Program-made: the position numbers and the translations under genes
Source of the DNA: Phoronis australis
Taxonomy: Eukaryota; Animalia; Phoronida
NCBI GenBank assembly: GCA_002633005.1
Contig: NMRA01000145.1
Span: 86,789-150,788, forward strand
Reading direction: 5' to 3'
DNA: 64,000 nucleotides
In this document: positions 25,601-38,880 of the stretch, piece by piece
Layout of the letters: each line of letters starts with the position of its first letter
How positions within the stretch are numbered: the stretch's first letter is position 1
The notes under the pieces: model-generated
Database searches by the model: none
Told to the model about the DNA's origin: nothing
The model's input: only the letters and a program-made list of their open reading frames with translations

Positions 25601-27953
25601 CCAAGATAATATGTCTCGTCGGCAAGTGGTTGAACATTTAGCCCTTGTTTATACGTATAGTATGGACATTATCACTTTGAATGATCAATGCTTGGGGATG
25701 GTGACGTGGTGTTCTGGCGTGTAAAGTTACTGACGTGGGAAGTTTTTGAACCTGACATATTAAATTTTCAGTTAGATAGTATTTTATTTTGATCCTGAAG
25801 TGAAGAATTTTTTGTCCTCACTTGATAAATTGTAGGTGCTGATGTGATAAATTTTCAGTCTTGACGTGGTGAATTTTGGTCTTATTTGTTTCTTTTTTTG
25901 GTCATCTGTGTGAAAACAATCTCAATGTATTGGATTGTTTTAATTCCTGCTTAAGTAAAATTTCTGGTTTTGAGATATTTATTTTTGGTCCTTGAGAGTT
26001 AACATGTTTTGCTTGGTTTTAATCTTGCATAGAAAATATATGCCGTTAAATGTTTCCAATTAGGCCTCCGATAAATGTGGGATAGCAGGTTGTGTAGCAT
26101 CGTACTTAACTTCTTATATAAATCTAGGTGTTCCTGATTTAGTAATACTATGAAAAATGAGCAGTTATGACTATTAAAATGTATAGTTGTGGATTCTTTT
26201 GAAATTCTGTATCCTTTGTATATGCCTGGTGTAGATGGCTCAGTGTGATATTATGTATTAAGCCTTATTATCCTCTATGGCTTAACAACTACATATCTTC
26301 ATTCATACCTGTAACAGAGGTACTCCCAGGATCATCAAGCATGTGTATGTTTTTATTCTAATGAGGGGTGCTTCGAATGTACAATTAGTAATCATACTTT
26401 TGCAGTGGTTCCTAACAAACGTATTCATTAAACCCAGTAAATATCTTTGCAACTGCCGATCTGCATATTAGATATGCATAATGCATCATACCTCATCAGA
26501 GTAAAACTTTTTTCAATCATAGTAGAAACAATTATTTGTTATCATTGTCACAAAACGTTAACAAACGCAGTCAGTGTCTGTAACTGTTGTCTACATTGCT
26601 GATGAATTAAAGTCGGTCTAATTCCATTTTTATAGCACTAATTCATGCCAAAGGTTTCAGTGAAATTGCGCCCCCTTAAAAGTTTTGACTTGCCCTGGTG
26701 ATCACTAGAATCCGATGCAATCAACTTATAGAAGTTGTTTTTTAACCAGTGTGATAGAGCTGAAAATTGTGTGCGTTTTCATTTACGAAAGTGTTCATTT
26801 TGAATCACTAGGTTAATAATTTTTACGCTCTACGTGAAAACACAGACTACTTTTTAGGATTACATGTACCAGGTTACCCCGAAAATATTATTTTCAAAGT
26901 TTTACCCTGTGGAGTATACGCGAAACGTCAAGTATTGTGTTCTTACACCAAAGGGATCGGAAGACTCTAGCCTTGGTGCGAAGCTGTTTACTAAATTAAA
27001 TATACAAATTTGCGCCGTTGTGGGTAAAAACTGACCGAATGAAATCTTCCTAGAGTAATCTAAATTATTTACCAGCATTGCAAAAATTAGTTTTCTACAA
27101 TTATTCTAATGCGAAAGTTATGGTGTGATCTTTTTCGTCGACTTTTGACGCAATGAAATATTGCGTCACCTATTAGCCATTTTCTTTTCCCCAGATTCTT
27201 CAATCAAACGTTCTCCCTCGAGGTTGCGTAAACGTCCTGACAAATGATCAGAATTGGTTTCACTTCATTGTATGTTTGTGGAATTTTGATATCAGTGAAC
27301 TGAATTTTAGAACAAATTTTGCTGAAATGTTGTCACCATCTAATGGGAGATGTCGAAAACATTTTGAAAGTGGCGCGTGTCACGAATGAACTCTTTCAAA
27401 ACGATGACATACGTTTTTTCGTTACAAAATGCAGAGAATTACGCAAGAAGATGATGTCGGATGTTTTTCGCTTAAACGGCCGTAACGGGCAACTTGAATG
27501 CCACTTGACTTCCAGAGTTTGCATGCACACCCGCCGGCCGTGAGCTCATGTTGGTACAAGCTTTTCGACGAGGTGACAAGCGTAACTATCCGGGCTGTGT
27601 GAAGTTTCGAGGTCTGTTTGAGCTCAATACGCAGTGGCACCTTGCTGTATTTTGAAAATAGTCTTCATACAGCTAGCTGGCTAGATAGGAAGGCTCTAGC
27701 TTCGAAAAGATTTTTACTGCTAAAGTGACAATTTCAGAATGATGATGGACGATGGATGACACTATAAACCGATCACAGTCTTCCGTTTTCATGCGCCCAT
27801 GAATTAATATCGACGCTACGTTCAAACCATTGTTTATGTTGTTCCTGAAATAAACTTGAGCTCTATTGCTATACCAACATGTTAACAAATTATACAGAAA
27901 TGAACAATAATTATCTGCGGTAAAGCGCTATATACAGCGTGATGAAGTGATGA

Positions 27954-28977
27954 NACGCCCAGACATAGCTGACAGCACTATGCACCCATGCAAATAGGTG
28001 TAAGTGGCCACACACAAACTAAAATCCCCAGAGACTTAACCACCAAAACCCATGTGATTATCACAAAATAACAAAATGAAAGTCCTCTGACGTGCAACAC
28101 TTGGCGAAATCAAAAAATAACTTAAAGGTGATGTTGACGACAAAACAAAGAACACTAACAACCACAGTCCTGACGTACATTACATGATAAACCAAAAGTA
28201 CATTGAATCAGTCAATAAATGACAGTCACCAAATCAGAAGACCTTGAGTACAGTAAATCCAGAACTAAATGATAATTGAGAAACTGATCATGCATTGCAA
28301 ATAGACAGTGACATCTATTTACTAATTTTGAAGAGGTTAAATCAAAGCATCATGGAATTGGAGCTCCTAAAACGTAATTCGAAAAATGACTGTCACAGCG
28401 ACATCTTGCATCTGATTTCACAAAAAATAAAATTACTCAAGCTATTGACTGGATAAACACTGTATGGAAATTTCATATCGATCAGATGAAAAATAAGATC
28501 TCTAACATTAATATGATAAGCCAACATTAAGTGCAGTTAGAACTAGGTCAATAAAAGAACAACCAACTAAGCAGTAAATCTCGAATATCTCGAGAACGGT
28601 AAGTTGTAGTGATCAACGGGTTTCATAGCACTCGAAACAATCTCAAGACACACACCATAATTCAGACAGATCTGTCAAGGTCTGTGCTGAAGATAACACA
28701 CAAAAACTCAATTAATTGGACAGCAGTCAGCAGAAAATCTCAAGTAAGTCGAGAATGGTAAGTCCTAGAGAAAAGAAAATGGTACGCTTAAGACAGCCTG
28801 TGAAATGAACTACCCACAGAAAAAATTCCTCCAGCGACAGCAGAGATAATGGTGCCACAAACCAAAATAGTGCAAAATGGCCAGCACAATGCCATTTTGC
28901 TTCCAATTTTATCAAAAAACAATAGGCTCTGTGTCATTCAGAGACACATGCTGTGTGCAAATTCCACATTGACCGTA
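27954..28977 (+). repeat. Assembly N followed by near-identical copy of 21036-21247 + 22641-23465
   Basis: The match begins exactly at the base after the single N (27954) and lacks the hAT insertion. Confidence 0.85.
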
Positions 28978-30072
28978 TACAAAATATGGCCGGTAGAGTG
29001 GGAACAAAGAACAACACAAATTTTATGACAATGCAAAACTTAGAGAAATTTTATTTATCATGAAGAAATAACTAAATGTGGATTATGATCATTGCTAATG
29101 ACAATCTAGTCAAAACAACTGACAAACAATCAAAAATTAGTTTTGTTCTAAGAATTTGTTAATGAAGGTCCCTGAGAGTTCAAATCAACTGACTTCAAGG
29201 TTTCTTCAAATGACAAGTGGAGGGAAACAAAACATTCCGCTTTCAAGCATGCACATTTTTTGCAGTGGATAACTTACAGGGGTCCTGGGTTTTGAGAACC
29301 AGTTTGATGCCTGTTATTCAGTTCAGTGGAGAAAACTGGTTCTTAAAACGGGAGATTTTGTTGCTATCACCAATTTTTGATAAAGGAATTGGTAGATTTC
29401 CCTTCTTAGTTTTTGAGCCAAATAAACATATAAGTAGAAAAGTGAAACACGCAGTGACAGTTTCCACTTAAACCTTACATTCATCAAAAATAGATTCAGT
29501 CCACAAAATATCAATACAAATGTCTAGGGTTTATTACAAGAAATTTTGGAATTCGTGGACTCCCAAGCTCATTCAACTAACTAATGTTATCAAGTGCAGT
29601 TTGCGAGTAACATGTTATTGACAAAGTCTAATAAAATGATTGTCATATCTTAGTAAATCATGGCTTGTGAAGGAGTATATACAAAAAATGTAACAAATTA
29701 CTTTAATTTCAACAGATATTCTCGCTGTGTCACTAGTCCAAACAACAAATGGATTTAACGTCATTTTCATTATTCTACCTCACATGATGTCCCTGAGGGA
29801 ACACACTTTTAAGTGCCCAGGCATTATAAAGATCAATTTGAGAACCACACTGAGTTCTCATTAAGGTCTCAGTTTGAGTAAACACCGTTCAGGAAATATG
29901 TAGAAAAAAACCACAGAGATTATAACACACTGAAAAATAATTAAGTGGGTTCTAAAGATAAAATAATGGGTGGCATGCCATAAAGCTTTATGGAACAATT
30001 AATTATTTTAATCGGACAAGTTACTTCAGCGGTTACAACAGATTAGACAGGACTTGGAGAACGACAGTCACT

Positions 30073-31062
30073 ATGAACGCAACCAAGGCAAACACCACAA
30101 ACTTAACAGAATGGTACACTTTCTGCTACAGCTTTCTTGCCATGGCCATATTCATAGCAAACGGAGTACTGATCACCACCATAGCTAAGAACAAAGGTCT
30201 TCACACCAGCCCCAACATTTATGTATTTGGCCTCGGAATAGCTGACTTGTGTGTTGGGCTGATAACAATACCTCTAATGCTGGCAACTGGTTACATTGAT
30301 TTCACGAAGCAGCCAGAGATTTGTCTCGCTATAGTGAGTCACTACCACCAACAAGTTTCTACGTCCATAACTCTGCTGACCCTTCTAGCACTGGATCGGT
30401 GTCTGTTCATTGTCTGGCCATTGCAGTATCTAACAAAAACAACCAAATGTAGAGCTATCACAGCAGTAGTGACAGCAACCATTGCAGTATCAATGTGGTC
30501 CTTCTCGCTTTCCTTAGGGTGGAACAGACTTTCACTGGGTCTCATCAAACAGGAGGACCTTTATTGCCTGCCAGAATTCGTACAGATGCCAAATCATCTA
30601 ATGGTGACTATAATTTTTCTCGTCCTGGAAGTAATTGTCCAGATAATATGTTTTGCACTGATAGCCTATACAGCTTGGCGACATAAAATGAATATCAGTA
30701 AGATGAGATCAATGGGATCAACTCCACCCAGACATTCCCAAATCAGCGTCAGAGCAACATTGGTTTTGGCAATGCTGATACTCACATCAGCTGTGGGTTG
30801 GCTACCAGCATTGCTCATGCAAGCATCATGGTTCTCCTGGTTCGCAAGTGTCAAGGTCAAAGACTATAGTGACACAGAATCACTAGTTCGAAAAACGTTA
30901 GTGTTTGCTGGACTATTGACATCCCTTATCAACCCATTAATCTATGGATTTGGAACACCATCGGTGAAACGTGCAGCTTTGCTATTGTTCAAAAAACGTG
31001 TCTCAAATAGAGTAACAAGACCTGCAAACAGGATGGAAATTTACGCTTTAACTCGGAGATGA
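30073..31062 (+). CDS. Single-exon class A GPCR, member 4
   Basis: 329 aa; GLGIADLCVGL, LDRC, LGWN, GWLP, NPLIYGFGTP; closest to member 5. Confidence 0.93.
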   Translation: MNATKANTTNLTEWYTFCYSFLAMAIFIANGVLITTIAKNKGLHTSPNIYVFGLGIADLCVGLITIPLMLATGYIDFTKQPEICLAIVSHYHQQVSTSITLLTLLALDRCLFIVWPLQYLTKTTKCRAITAVVTATIAVSMWSFSLSLGWNRLSLGLIKQEDLYCLPEFVQMPNHLMVTIIFLVLEVIVQIICFALIAYTAWRHKMNISKMRSMGSTPPRHSQISVRATLVLAMLILTSAVGWLPALLMQASWFSWFASVKVKDYSDTESLVRKTLVFAGLLTSLINPLIYGFGTPSVKRAALLLFKKRVSNRVTRPANRMEIYALTRR

Positions 31063-31986
31063 GTAGTCCATACTTGAACAAGACAGGAAAGCACTCTGAA
31101 GGCAGTGTAATAAAAACTAATGGTGCAGGTAATAAAAGCAAGAGGGTTAGAGGCAATAATTCTACATGTTTTGAAAAAATTGCTGAACATGAAACTCCAT
31201 GAACGCTTTTATAATGGAAACACAGTAAATTTAAAGGTATTATACATGAACACGTGTTTACATACATCCAGGCAGTGCAGTCGAGCAAAAAAAGAACCAC
31301 TTGCCAGGTATAGAATACACTAGCCTTATGCCCTTGCACATGAGACATTGCCAAGTCTGAAGACTTAAGACTGCCGTTTTTTTCCGCCACCCAATAGGGG
31401 TCCCCATGTCGCCTCTCCGATCAAAAAACAATGGTCACACAAGTTCATAATTTATTCACATATATTTCATCTTGGTTTGTAATGGATCGGTAACACAGGA
31501 GGCATGTGTTTCACGGCCTTGTCGGATTTTTATCGAACAATTACGGCTTCTGTCTGCTTACTTCTTGTTGCAATTTGAGCGTGTGTTTGACATGTTGTGA
31601 CTGCTGAGGGTGGCGAATGCACTGATCTGACGAAATAAACGGAACAATTATGAACCAAAGGTATTCAATCTATGAAAAAATGATATTAATTTGAAGTTTC
31701 GAAGTCACCACAAATTTTGAAGAAAATTTCGGTGAATTATTGTCTACCTGAAAGTCACCAAATAGAGCACTGTTATCAATATGAAATACATAATTCACAT
31801 TCGTGTTTTGTTCTTTCTATGATATTCTCCAAAGTTGACATGTGTGAACTTTTCGAAAGTGAACACGTTTCACATTTTAACCGACTGTTTATCATCTTGG
31901 TCATTGCACTTGTTCCCACATTCATAACAGTTACGTCCAACAAAAATACATTTTAATTGGAAAAAACCTACTGTAACATGTCTTAA

Positions 31987-32896
31987 ACAGTACACACCAT
32001 GGATTTTTGCACATTTTGAATTACCGGTGGCCACAGACTAAATGTATGACGTAAAATTTAGCTAAACCCATGCATGTTTATTTTGTGTAATTAGCTCGAA
32101 ATTTTGATTTTTCTTTCAATTTTGCCAATTTCCCCATTTCCCGCCATGTGACGTCATGGGTTGAACACAAGAGATCAGTTACTAGCATTGAGCAATGGCG
32201 GAGAGCAGTGAATTTGAAAGCGACGACGATTATGAGCAAGAATTGAATGAATACTATGAAGGAATGTACGGGAATGGTGGCCAGGATGAGGAAATGGGGT
32301 TGCAAGAAAGCGAGAACAAATTTGGTGTGCTCCCGGCTGCGTACTTTTCTACGAACGAGATCCTCCCGCGAGAGAAGCGGCCTCGGGCTCGGCGAGTCAA
32401 CCCAGTCATCCAACAGACGATCCTGAATTAAGAGCCGATGTTTCTGAATGATAAATATTGTCCTTTATTGAACCAGGCCTTCATCGTAACATCTCCTGTG
32501 ACTGGAGTCGAAACACGAGTCCTCAAAGTGGGCAGATGAGGTCCCACACTCTCATTCGGCGCACGAAGCGATGCCACTTCTGCGCAACTTTGGTGTCCTT
32601 CGGAACACCGAGACATTCTCCACCTGGCTGCTGTTGCTGCAGCCTCCGGAAACACATCTTTTGATCCCTCTACGAACCTTCTCGGCGCTAAATGTACTTT
32701 GCTTTCACTTCACTCTGAATTGTCTCTGATCCGAACAGTATGGCGAACGACTAGGGTTCAACCCATGACGTTGTACATAATTATTATTTTTTCAATTTTT
32801 ACGTGTTTCTTTATGAGCTGTGCACTAAAGGCACTGAAATCAAGTAAGATATAACAATAAAATTTATTTTGAAGTACTAGTCATGTTGTGTACACT
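31987..32896. mobile_element. Kolobok deletion derivative with THAP remnant and convergent second-ORF remnant
   Basis: TTAA at 31983-31986 and 32897-32900; TIR ACAGTACACACCATG vs AGTGTACACAACATG; minus strand 32510-32659 gives frameshifted RCVSGGCSN..VSVF/PKD...KWHRFVRR/SAHFEDSCF; plus strand acidic ORF from 32195. Confidence 0.75.
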
Positions 32897-34039
32897 TTAA
32901 ATGTCAGCAAGATCTTTATGTCTTAACAACGCAAACTCGATATTTTTCCTTAAATGCCATTCAAGATTCTACCATAATCTCTTTTAGTAACACAAAACTA
33001 ATTTAATATTAAGCACAATTGGTTTCAATCATCCAGTATGTTTATCGCTTTTAATTGACAGTCTTATGTTGTAAAAACACCTTTAACCAATTGTTCTGAG
33101 AATACTACTAACACCTCATGTGTAACATTCACCATCACAGCAACAACATGTAATAATTATTTAATTTCTACAATTACACTGTGACAATCAGGCAAAGAGA
33201 CCTCAGTTTCAATATCACAATACCTTCCAACACGCATGCATAAGACATCGTCTATTGTAAAATGCCACGGGCATTTCCAATAATACTTAAATTTCCAATG
33301 GTGGCCTTTTTCCAAGGATTTCTAACACTGTTGTGAAGACCCAAAATATTTTCTGATGGTAGCTGTGGTACAGACCTTTACATAAAAAACAATGCAGTTG
33401 GTCTAATGTCATTTGCGTTGCATAAGACGTTAGAAGGCATCAAGGTTGGGCCCATTGCACAGAACACCTGAGCTAAAACCACGAGCACTGTTATGGTTCT
33501 TCAAGAAAGGAAGTTTTCAAGTCAGCCCGTCTCCTTTAAGAAAACGGACAAAGAGAGAGCTTTACATTGTAAAGCATTAGTTTGATGCTATATATCTTTT
33601 ATGAAAAAATGAAAAAAACAATTTGTCTGCCAATTGTGTCCTACATTGGTTAGATTTTACCGTAACCTCAGATGGTTCAGATGGATAAAATTTAAGTCCT
33701 ATTGTGCACATTGGTAGATGGAGGAGTGTGTTGAGACAACGCAATCCCAAAAAACGTCCTTGTTCCATACAACACAAAGGTAGACACATTCACCGTTTGT
33801 ACTATACAGATTCAACTGCTGTTGGGATTGCACAAAGTTAACTGGTTGGAAACAAGTTGTACAAGAGCAAACGCCACATTAACCACTGAGTTATGACGCA
33901 CGCTGCGGCTTTGAAGCCCCAATAAAAAGGATTAGTTTTTAAATATAAAGTAATTGACAGCAAACACTGACTATTTGAAAATCAAACACTGCGGTGGCTT
34001 AACTACAGTGGAGCTGTCTATAAATGGAAATCAACCATC

Positions 34040-35029
34040 ATGAACAGCACAAAGATGGCCTTCGACAATTTGCCTTACTGGACAACATACTGCTATGGTG
34101 GTCTTGCTGTTGCCATAGTGATCCCAAATGGAGTACTACTGGCAACCATTATCAAAACAAAATCTCTTCACACCAACCCGAACATATATGTATTTGGACT
34201 TGGACTGGCCGACATGTGTGTTGGACTGATAACAATACCACTTATTTTGGCAGTAGATTACATTGACTTTGTAAAACAACCGCAGGCATGTCTCACCATG
34301 CTTAGTCTCTACTTCCAACAGGTTGCTACGTCCATAGCTATGTTGACGCTTCTATCACTAGACCGGTATCTGTTCATTGTCAGACCGTTACAGTATCAAA
34401 TAGTGGCTACCAAATTCAGAGCTATTGCAACAGGGGTAATAGTAGCCATCGCAGCATTCATGTGGTCCTTCTCGCTCTTGTTTGGATGGAATCAATTATC
34501 CCATGGCGTGATTAAAATAGAAGAGGCATATTGTCTTCCGGAGTACATAGAGATGCCACTTCATCTTATGGGGACAATTATTTTTCTTGTCATCGCTGAA
34601 ACTGTACAGATCACATGTTTTGCACTGATTGCCTACATAGCGTGGCAGCAAAAGAAGAAAATTAACCAGATGACAACAGTCGAACCAACTCCACTCAGTC
34701 AGCCAAAAATTAGTGTGAGAGCCACCATAGTTTTGGCAATGCTGGTGTTTACATCCACCGTGGGTTGGCTACCGGCGTTGCTTTTACAAGCATCATGGTT
34801 CTCCTGGTTCGTAAGTGAAACGGTGAAAGACTACAATGACACGGAATCGTCAGCTCGAGATATATTGGTGCTGGCTGGACTACTAACATCCTTCATCAAC
34901 CCATTAGTCTATGGATTTGGCACCCCTTCAGTGAAACAAGCAGCTAGCCAAATGTTCAGGAGACGTGACTTGAACAGGGCAACAAGTGGACCAAATACCG
35001 TAGAAATTTTCACCACTCATCAGCAATGA
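34040..35029 (+). CDS. Single-exon class A GPCR, member 5
   Basis: 329 aa; GLGLADMCVGL, LDRY, LFGWN, GWLP, NPLVYGFGTP. Confidence 0.93.
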   Translation: MNSTKMAFDNLPYWTTYCYGGLAVAIVIPNGVLLATIIKTKSLHTNPNIYVFGLGLADMCVGLITIPLILAVDYIDFVKQPQACLTMLSLYFQQVATSIAMLTLLSLDRYLFIVRPLQYQIVATKFRAIATGVIVAIAAFMWSFSLLFGWNQLSHGVIKIEEAYCLPEYIEMPLHLMGTIIFLVIAETVQITCFALIAYIAWQQKKKINQMTTVEPTPLSQPKISVRATIVLAMLVFTSTVGWLPALLLQASWFSWFVSETVKDYNDTESSARDILVLAGLLTSFINPLVYGFGTPSVKQAASQMFRRRDLNRATSGPNTVEIFTTHQQ

Positions 35030-35813
35030 CATTGTATAACCAAAGACCAGAACTCTGCTGTTATAACTTATGGCCAAATTTCATGAAAATTCCATTCAGT
35101 AATTCCTAAGATACATAGGCAAACAAAAAATAAGAGATTCAACTACGAGGCACAGCAGTAGTCAAGTCTGCATGAAAAAGCTGTCACCTGTTGCCACAAT
35201 CATAGGACTATAATAGTCAAATTTCACATAGATCTGCCAAAGAGTTAAGGAGATGCAGTTGTGGATGCATCATAATAGTTTGAGCAGTTTGGTAGAGCAG
35301 AATATGTCTAGTCTGTCTAAAAATATAAAGGTGTTATTGTCTCCTTAACAGAAGTGTGATTTTGTAAAAGTTCATGAAAATCTGTCAAGAAACAAAAGGT
35401 AAACTTGAAACACTGATATTGCCATTATAAGGCACAGCGGCACATGGATAAGTCCGAAAGTCGCATTAAATAAAATTACCATTAGGGGGTGCCCAAAAAC
35501 CAATTTCAGCAGTTTGGTGGATAGAGAAGTGGACACCAAAAAACAAACTCAAAAATAATAAAAATGGACACTAAGTGGTGCAGAATATGTCCAATACGTC
35601 CGAAAATGGGTAGGTATTGTCGACTCCTTAATATTAGCTACTTGCCTAATTTCATGAAAATATATCAAGGAACTCGAAGATAGTAGAGGCAAACCTATAA
35701 AAAATAAAATTGTCAACAGGAGACACAGCAATAGTCAGCTACATAAGACCTGCCAAATCATATTACCGGTAAGAACCAGCAACGGTTTGGAGACACAGCA
35801 GCATGATAGCTAT

Positions 35814-36021
35814 TTTAAAGAGTATTGCCCCATAAACAACTTTCACATTATATTCAGGTTCTCATTCACTCCCTCACGTACACTCGCTAGTAAGACCGAG
35901 TTCAGAGTAGGAAACACATTTATGCTTTACTCGATTGTCTACCAGTAAACCCAAGATTCGAACCCAGATCTCCTTAACTGAGGAGCCTGGAGCTCAAACC
36001 ACTGAGCCACACTGTTTCCTC
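35814..36021 (-). mobile_element. tRNA-derived SINE with 13-bp TSD
   Basis: Box A TGGCTCAGTGG and box B GGTTCGAATC on the minus strand; GCATGATAGCTAT at 35801-35813 and 36022-36034. Confidence 0.8.
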
Positions 36022-36049
36022 GCATGATAGCTATGATCACATGCTGTCA

Positions 36050-38270
36050 ATGTATCTAAACAAGCACTTGCCAAGAAACAAGGACTTTAGACAATTTAGT
36101 AGCACAGTGGTTGAAAACAAATTTTAATCCAGAGCTACCCTTTCCCTGTAAGTTAAAACTTACACCGACAGAGTAGCTCTGAATCTTGTTGACAGATAAA
36201 TTAGGACTGACCAGCAGCTCTTTAAATTCAAATAGGCAGAGTTCGACATAATTACCACTTGATCGAGAATTCAACCTAGAAAATTGTACCAGTTGAATGC
36301 AATTTGAACTTGGTTCACCTGCATGCCAAGCAATTTTTTGACCTTTGGAACTGGTAACAGCAAGTCTGACAGCACTTAAGGAGCACTCCTGGTAAGGAAG
36401 AAATTTAACTACAATACAGAAAATTCCAAGTTTGCAGTACTCGAGCAGTAAGTGCTCAGTTCAATATTTTTTCATACTATAACTGCATATCGCCTCTGTC
36501 TAGCTGTTAATGTTGAATTCTTAGCCGAATGGTTTTGGGGTTTAAAAACATTACCGCGCTCATCTGATCTTGGATTACTGCATTGCTGCGCCCTAATAAG
36601 GCCAAGGGCCTACATCTGAAATAGTATGATTTTGTGGTGGCCTTTTTTAACCAAGTGGCATGTGCCTGAATTTCACATATAAGCCTAGGTAATGCCCCTT
36701 GCATAGGTTCGAGCATTATTTCACTGATAGGCACACCCATTTTGAATACCACTGTGATTCCTAATGGCACTTAATTGTTATGGTCTGAATCTTTGGAAGT
36801 TCCTTGGAGTACTTTAAAGAAATTTGGTTGTTTATTGTATTGCCGTGCCTTTAGACCAATGGGCCTGTATTTGAAGCAATTATTCGCAGCCTTTTTTACC
36901 CAAGCGGTTCCAATATTGGCGGATGCACTTAAGTTTCACATATAAGTGTCGTACTGCACAAATGCCCATGGGTCTAATGGTACAGCAATATGATATTGGT
37001 GAATGAGCCACATTTCTACGCACACTTGCATGTACCATTTTCAGATCTGCAATTCTGAGGTTTGCCAACCCCAATGTAAACTCTGAATCGTTTCCTTAAG
37101 TTGGCGATGGTTTCAAAGTTTTTGTTGGTAACAGAATCCTTATGGTAAGAGATATTACGGAACTAATGGTATGAGAGTAAATGACCTAGTTTGATTTTGA
37201 AAATGTTGATTTACAACTCCAAAAAATATTACACAAATACTTGCACACACAAGTACCTGCCCACATCAACTTGGCAGTTATCTGGAAAAGGTTGTTTTTA
37301 ACCACTTGTTCCAGAATACCTGGTATTTTTCTAAAGTTACTATTTCTAACAAACGTATTTTTAGAAGTAAAAATTACTATTTTAAGAAAATGACTGAAAT
37401 AAGGTATAATTCTATACCTTAGGCACATGATGAGGTAAAATATTTTAATTATAACAATATCCAATTTAAAACTTTGGTTCCCTTTCTGGTCGGTAAACCA
37501 AAAATCATTGTTTTTCATCAGAAGTCAAATCGAATCAAAGAAATCAATACCAGTTTCAGATACACACAACTGCACAATTCTTCTATAGGTGCTATTATGC
37601 TTTCATCTAAAACCATCTATTGTGTCACTTAGTGCCTCGGAGAAAGTACTCAAGTCTGTCATTTTAAGGTAAAACTTTGTTATGTGCGTTCTACATAAAA
37701 TTTTTAACTGCATTGTACTTTTTGAAATCACAAGTGGATTTCTAAGAAAGGGAACAAAAATTTCTCCAGTCATCATTTGTGAAGTTATATGCCTCTTCGC
37801 GAAATCTTTTCTGAGCAACAGGCAAACTGTTTTACACACTAACGCGCAATTTAGAACTAATACAATATTATTACTAGACACTATTAGGCCATACATCTTA
37901 AAAGCATCTCTTCAGAGTCTTTGTGTAATGGTATTTGTCCCAGCATAACCCAATTAACCAGATGACAATTTTCCAGAAAATTTGTTGTAATATTTGATTT
38001 TTTAAATTTTTTAAATGTGGAATTGAGAAAAATTTATTATTTTCAGCAAACCGGTTATCAATAAAAATACTGCCAAGGACCAATTATTAAGAACCTCTTT
38101 CTGAAAATGCTTGACTACAGCAGTTTCATTTTGAATGGAATCAGTTCTAAAATTTCTAAAATTAGCAATATTTCATTTTACAAACTCTGTTTCTAGTTAA
38201 AAAATTGCCCATTTTGAATTGGAGATCCTAAGTCAATTTTTAGCCAGCTAAACAGTGCGAAATGCAGCTA
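36050..38270 (-). pseudogene. Heavily degraded non-LTR retrotransposon ORF2 (RT) relic
   Basis: Faint motifs in RT order across frames: YSCIS (NYRPIS-like), SQAF, IFWKI, LEQV..YL..IF, KCIRQYWNRL; no intact YADD seen. Confidence 0.35.
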
Positions 38271-38880
38271 TAAGGGGGTCTTACGTTTACTGACACTCAA
38301 GTCCAGGAGGACTCCGTACACTAGCACTCGACACAGATTTGTGATTAGACGTTTTTACTGAACGAGATGATCTGGCACAACTTGCTCTACCTCAGAAATA
38401 GGTGTCAACTTGTTCTGTGTCATACGTGCTGTGTCAATTAGCGTCATGGAAATGTGACTTACTAATGAGTATGTAATCACTTTTGCGAAGCACAAAAACT
38501 GGACATAAACTAATTGGAAACACAATTACCACATCGCAGTAAATAACGGCATTAACAGCAGAACCATTAATGTGCAATTTACTTTATAGGTCGATTACCT
38601 TTAAAGGAGATTGCAAGTGGGGTGGCAGTAAATTTAACTTTAATCCATTTAGAAATTGATTAACAGACGTTGCGCAAGAATTCTAGTAAAAGGCACAGCA
38701 TACGAAAATTCGGCCGGGAAAATACAACACAGACTGACTGCTGAGTAGATGGAAATTACAAGATCTGGAGACAAAATAACAGAATGGTGGAACTTGTTTT
38801 TATTCGTGGATTAATTACACAACAGGCTAACATTGAGGAACTGATTTGAAGAATTCGTGACATTTATTGAACTCGTCAGC

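Noticed and set aside
23466-27953. One large Tc1/mariner-like insertion starting TA|CAG
   Set aside because: No matching right TIR or transposase ORF was found before the N; the region looks like mixed repeat fragments.
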